Shown piece after piece: positions 15,776 through 19,566 of a stretch of 19,566 bases of DNA. The stretch is from an uncultured bacterium (lineage in GTDB: Bacteria; Lernaellota; Lernaellaia; Lernaellales; Lernaellaceae), in contig CAZHPN010000119.1 of the NCBI GenBank assembly GCA_964534375.1, positions 1 to 19,566 of the forward strand, in the 5' to 3' direction. The position numbers were made by a program, and so were the translations under genes. Within the stretch, counting starts at the first letter, position 1; the number at the start of each line of letters is the position of its first letter. Below the pieces are notes generated by a model. The model ran no database searches. It saw only the letters and a program-made list of their open reading frames with translations, and was not told the DNA's origin.

Positions 15776-17689
15776 TCAGCGGGTCGGCGAGAAGCGCCAG
15801 ACCGAACTGGTCTCGCCGTCGGAGGCGAACAGATCGCCGCTGTCGTCGAACGTTAGGCCCAGCGCATAGTCGAACTGGTCGGCGAAGACCGACGTTTTCC
15901 CGGGCGCGTACGGCGGCGAGGCGTGCAGCACGCGCCGGTCGCAGGCGACGTAGATTTCGCCGCGCGGGTCGACGGCGAAGCTGTTGATCGCCGGGCACAT
16001 CGCCGCTTTTTCCGGGCCGAGCGCGTCCGCGCCGTTGAAGACGATCTGCGACCGCCAGGCGCCGGCCTCGCGCGTCAATTTGAGAATGGCGTCGCTCCAC
16101 GGCAGGCCGGCGAAGCTGCGTGTCTGCGCCAGGCTCACGCCGACGAAGATGTCGCCGCCGGAGGTCGTCGCCAGGCCCAGTGGAAAGAGCAGCGACGGAA
16201 GCTGCGCCCGGTCCGCCCAGACCGCCGCGGCGCCGTTCTTGTCCACGCGCAGCAGTTGGTCGTCGGGCCGCAGATTGGTGACCGCGAGCGCGCCGTCCGG
16301 CAGCAGCGCGACCGAGCCGGGCCACAGCGCCGGCAGCGTTTGGCGGTCGAGCAGCACGCGCGGCGCGCCGCTGGCGGGATCGACCGCCACGACGCCGAAC
16401 TTGTTTTCGAAACCAGGCGCGTTGATCGCGAAGAGAATTGCGCCGGTCGATCGGTCGACCGCCATTTGCGAACCCACGTGACTGTAGTTGACGATCTCGG
16501 AAATCGTCGCCGGCGGCCGTCCCGGCCCCGGCGCGCGCAGCAGCCGGCCGGTTTCGCCGTCGCTGATCACGAGCGCCGGCGGGCGATTCGGCGCGCCGGG
16601 ATCCCAACTCAGAATCTGCGGCACGGCGACCCCGTTGCCGGCAATCAGCCGGTAATCGGCATGCGGTTCGAGCCGCTGCAACGGCAGGCGATAGAGGTCG
16701 CCCGACCGGCGGCAGACGCCGAAGAGCGCCTCTTGCTGCTGCCGCCGCGCGCCGGCGGCGGCGAAAAAGATGCCCTGAAAACCCGGGCCGATGGTGTCGT
16801 AGATCGCGATCGCCTCTTGTTTCCCGGCCTCGCCGGAAACGACCTTGTATAATCGGCCGTTGTCGGCCCAGTCGCCCGTCGCGACGAAGAGTTCGCCGTT
16901 GGCGCCCGCCGCCAGGCCGCCGTACGAGATTTCGGCGGGGAAATTCGCCAGCAGCGGCTGCGGCCGGCGCGCCGTCAGATCCATCTCGTAAAGGCCGCGC
17001 GCCAGCCCCACGCACACCCGCCGGCTGCGCGGGCGCCAGGCCAGCGCCTTGACCGCTTCGTCGAAGCCGGTCAGGCGCGCGAGGCTTTTCGCCGCCGGGT
17101 CGAATTGGTAAAGATCCGCCCGCGCGCCGCCGTCGGGCCGCGGCCGATTGACGGCGAGCAGCACGCGGCCGTCGGGCCCGAGCGCCGCGACGCTTTCGTC
17201 GGTGGTGAACAACTCGTCGAAGTGCAACGTGGCGACATCGTACAGCCCGCTTTTGTTGCGCGTCAGCTTGCTCAGGTCGCCCTTGGTGAAATTGTAACCC
17301 CAGAGCGCATCGTGATCGTCGACGACCAGCGAATAAACGCGGAGCTTCTTTTCCGGCTCCGGCCCGTCCGGATTGCCGACGATGTTGCGGGCCCGCCATT
17401 TGTTTTCGTGAAACTCGACGCGGCGCACCGTGTCCCACGCGGCGGCGACGAAGATTTCGCCCTGTGAATTGACGGCGACGGACGCGGCGGCAGTTAACTC
17501 ATTGGGCGGCAGCCACGGCGTGACGAGCCACCGCGGATCGCGGGCGACCGGCCGGAAATTGCGGTTGGTTGACCAGGCGCCGGCGGCGGGCGCCGGATCG
17601 TGCCGCGCGCGCCGCGCGCAGACGACCGCAAGCGCGACCGCAAGCGCGGCCACCGCGAAAATACTGCATACCCGGCGCCTGGCGGTCAT
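15776..17689 (-). CDS. Secreted or membrane-anchored beta-propeller protein (NHL/SMP-30-like repeats)
   Basis: 637 aa. Basic plus hydrophobic N-terminus, then repeated blade motifs: VAVNSQGEIFVA, ALGPDGRVLLA, GLAAGANGELFVA, VALLPDGALAVT, FAVDPRGEIYVA and GLTFDDSGDLFAS. Confidence 0.75.
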   Translation of the reverse strand: MTARRRVCSIFAVAALAVALAVVCARRARHDPAPAAGAWSTNRNFRPVARDPRWLVTPWLPPNELTAAASVAVNSQGEIFVAAAWDTVRRVEFHENKWRARNIVGNPDGPEPEKKLRVYSLVVDDHDALWGYNFTKGDLSKLTRNKSGLYDVATLHFDELFTTDESVAALGPDGRVLLAVNRPRPDGGARADLYQFDPAAKSLARLTGFDEAVKALAWRPRSRRVCVGLARGLYEMDLTARRPQPLLANFPAEISYGGLAAGANGELFVATGDWADNGRLYKVVSGEAGKQEAIAIYDTIGPGFQGIFFAAAGARRQQQEALFGVCRRSGDLYRLPLQRLEPHADYRLIAGNGVAVPQILSWDPGAPNRPPALVISDGETGRLLRAPGPGRPPATISEIVNYSHVGSQMAVDRSTGAILFAINAPGFENKFGVVAVDPASGAPRVLLDRQTLPALWPGSVALLPDGALAVTNLRPDDQLLRVDKNGAAAVWADRAQLPSLLFPLGLATTSGGDIFVGVSLAQTRSFAGLPWSDAILKLTREAGAWRSQIVFNGADALGPEKAAMCPAINSFAVDPRGEIYVACDRRVLHASPPYAPGKTSVFADQFDYALGLTFDDSGDLFASDGETSSVWRFSPTR

Positions 17690-17764
17690 GGTTTCCGCTT
17701 GATCATCAATAAGGGCGCGAAAATTGTATCGGCCGCGCCGCGGGTTGGCAATCGGCGGCGGAAA

Positions 17765-17865
17765 TGGGATTCCTGGGAAATCTGGGAGTTCTGGGAATTA
17801 TGGGAATCACGAGACGCCCGAAGTCGCATAGCGCCCAGGATTCCCAGACTTCCCAGAATTCCCAT
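17765..17865. repeat. Palindromic intergenic element made of 9-bp tandem units
   Basis: TGGGAnnnn x5 at 17765-17808, followed by the inverted counterpart CCCAGGATT-CCCAGACTT-CCCAGAATT-CCCAT at 17834-17865. Confidence 0.8.
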
Positions 17866-17895
17866 CGCCCGCCGCGCCGTTTTTTCAAGCAGGCG

Positions 17896-17911
17896 GGCAT
17901 GGTACCATGCC
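17896..17911. promoter_or_regulatory. 16-bp perfect palindrome, possibly an operator or a symmetric extended -10
   Basis: GGCATGGTACCATGCC lies between the divergent genes and contains TGGTACCAT on both strands. Confidence 0.4.
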
Positions 17912-17937
17912 GTCATGATTTCCCGACCGGCGCATCG

Positions 17938-19482
17938 ATGAGCGGCGTGGCCAGCGAGCCCAGTCGCGAACCCGCCTGGGCGGCGGCGCTTTTCGCTGCG
18001 GCCGTGCTGCTCGCCGCAGCGCTGCACCTGATTTTTTTCCACGCTCCGCCGTATGTCGACGAAGGCGATTTCGCCAACACCGGCCGCATTTTGCTGCGCG
18101 GCGGCGCGATGTACCGCGACGCCTTCAACGAAAAAGGTCCCGGCATTTATTGGCTGACGGCGGGCCTGTTCGCCGCATTCGGCGACCGCTTCGGCGTCGT
18201 GCGCGGCGCGGCGTTCGCGGCCAATCTGGCGACGCTCGGCGCGCTGTGGGCGGCGGGCGTCCGCCTGCGGCGCCGGCGCGCCGCCGCGCTCGCCGCTTTG
18301 CTGTTCGCCGCCGCCCTGATTTTTCTGCAAGGGACGTTCTGGCGGCCGGAATCGCTGCTGACGCCGCTGTTGCTGGCCGTGTTCGCGCTGCTGGCGGGCG
18401 AGACCGACGCGCGACGCGCGGCGGCGGCCGGCGTCGCCGTGTTCGCCGCGACGCTGATCAAGCAGACCGCGTGGGCGCCGGCGGCGGCGATTGCGGCGCT
18501 GCTCGCGCTCGACGCGGCGCGCCGCCGCGGGCCGGCGATCTGGGCTTTCGCGGGCGGCCTGTGTCTGCCGTGGGCGGCCGTGCTGGCAGCGGAAGCGGCG
18601 CGGGGCGGGTTGGGGATATTTCTCGCCGGCTACCTCTTTCCGGTCACGGGCTTCGTCGCCGGCAGTTACGCGCACCTGCCGCGGCCCGAGCAGTTTTTCC
18701 AACAACTGCCGATCTGGTGGACGATCGCCGCGGCGTGGCTGATCGCCTGGCGCTCGTCGCTCGATCAACACGACAAACGCCTGTGGACTGCCGTGCTCGC
18801 GGGCCTCGTGCTCATGACCCTGCCGGCGTTTTTCACCTATCATTTTCTGCCGGCGCTGGCGTTGGCCGCGTTTGGGCTGGCGCTGCCGGCGACGGAACCC
18901 GCCGCGCCGCGGCTGCGCCGGCTGGCGGCCGTCGCCGCGGCCGGTCTGGTCGCGACCATCTTCATCGCCGCGCGGTTCGACCCGCTGCTGGACGTGCGCG
19001 AGCATCTGCGGCCCGCGGGCAATCGCGCGATGTTCGAGGCGGCGGCGGCGGCCCGCGCCGTGTCCGCGCCCGGCGAGCCGATTTTCGTGTTGCCGCACAA
19101 TTCGCTTTACTACTATCTGGCCGACCGTCGCGCGCCGGGGCGTTACGGGTTCGTGCTGCCGTGGGTGACGCCGCCCGCCGCGGTGCGCGAGGTCGTCGCG
19201 GCGATGCAGGCGCAGCCGCCGAAAGCCATCCTCTATAATTACTTCGAATTTTGCATGACCAACGGCATTCGGCCGAAGGAATATCTGGCGCCGTTGCTGG
19301 CATGGATCGCCGACCGCTACCGCGTCGAGCGGCTGTTCGCGAATCGCGTCGTGCTGCTGGTTCCGGCCGATCCGCAGTCGCCGACCGCGGAAAACGACCG
19401 CCGGGCCGTGCGCGCGTTGCTGTTCTCCGATCTCGACTGCCGCGGCGTCGACGCCGGCCGGATCGCGCAGTTGCTGAAATGA
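17938..19482 (+). CDS. GT-C fold membrane glycosyltransferase (ArnT/PMT-like)
   Basis: YVDEG after TM1, MYRDAFNEKGPGIY, LIKQT, many TM helices and a C-terminal soluble domain (PIFV...LYYYLADR). Likely start is ATG 17938; the longer ORF merely reads through the repeat element. Confidence 0.82.
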   Translation: MSGVASEPSREPAWAAALFAAAVLLAAALHLIFFHAPPYVDEGDFANTGRILLRGGAMYRDAFNEKGPGIYWLTAGLFAAFGDRFGVVRGAAFAANLATLGALWAAGVRLRRRRAAALAALLFAAALIFLQGTFWRPESLLTPLLLAVFALLAGETDARRAAAAGVAVFAATLIKQTAWAPAAAIAALLALDAARRRGPAIWAFAGGLCLPWAAVLAAEAARGGLGIFLAGYLFPVTGFVAGSYAHLPRPEQFFQQLPIWWTIAAAWLIAWRSSLDQHDKRLWTAVLAGLVLMTLPAFFTYHFLPALALAAFGLALPATEPAAPRLRRLAAVAAAGLVATIFIAARFDPLLDVREHLRPAGNRAMFEAAAAARAVSAPGEPIFVLPHNSLYYYLADRRAPGRYGFVLPWVTPPAAVREVVAAMQAQPPKAILYNYFEFCMTNGIRPKEYLAPLLAWIADRYRVERLFANRVVLLVPADPQSPTAENDRRAVRALLFSDLDCRGVDAGRIAQLLK

Positions 19483-19512
19483 CGCTACGAAAGAAAACGA
19501 GTTTAATCTCTC

Positions 19513-19566
19513 TTAGCCCAACTTCGCCAGTTCAGGGGTCGTGATTCTGTAAATTCGCATACTTAG
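19513..19566. mobile_element. Probable end of a multicopy insertion sequence or repeat (right window end), inverted relative to 1-53
   Basis: 19514-19565 is the exact reverse complement of 1-52. The junction is TTAG (CTAA on the minus strand). Confidence 0.55.

Noticed and set aside
17764..17937. N-terminal 58-aa extension of the glycosyltransferase
   Set aside because: It is a translation of the 9-bp repeat element and the promoter region; ATG 17938 directly precedes TM1.
1..19566. Whole window as a linear plasmid, phage or self-contained transposon with TIRs
   Set aside because: There is no transposase, replication, terminal-protein or virion gene; the content (recA, HU, rmlB) is chromosomal.

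Overview
High-GC bacterial chromosomal segment; the gene content suggests a deltaproteobacterium-like organism (inference). Both ends carry the same 52-bp sequence in inverted orientation (1-52 and 19514-19565), most likely copies of a multicopy IS end at which the assembly broke. Almost all genes are on the minus strand. In coordinate order: a UbiA-family decaprenyl-phosphate phosphoribosyltransferase, a PilT/PilU ATPase and recA (one probable operon); HU; a B12-binding radical-SAM-like protein whose CxxxCxxC motif reads DxxxDxxR, paired with a BtrH/DUF4872 papain-like protein; rmlB; a tightly coupled signalling cluster (single receiver, 2TM-HAMP hybrid kinase, stand-alone 7TM protein, soluble hybrid kinase); two tandem paralogous 29-Cys secreted proteins; an 'ANRxNAxxSTGP' hypothetical behind a perfect sigma70 promoter; a secreted beta-propeller protein; and, on the plus strand, a GT-C (ArnT/PMT-like) glycosyltransferase. 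Intergenic regions hold 9-bp-period tandem/inverted repeats and 7-bp-period arrays. The best candidates for undescribed biology are the 7TM plus two-kinase module, the cluster-less radical-SAM/BtrH pair and the Cys-ladder paralogs. No rRNA, tRNA or CRISPR array was seen. All family calls come from reading motifs by eye, not from database searches.
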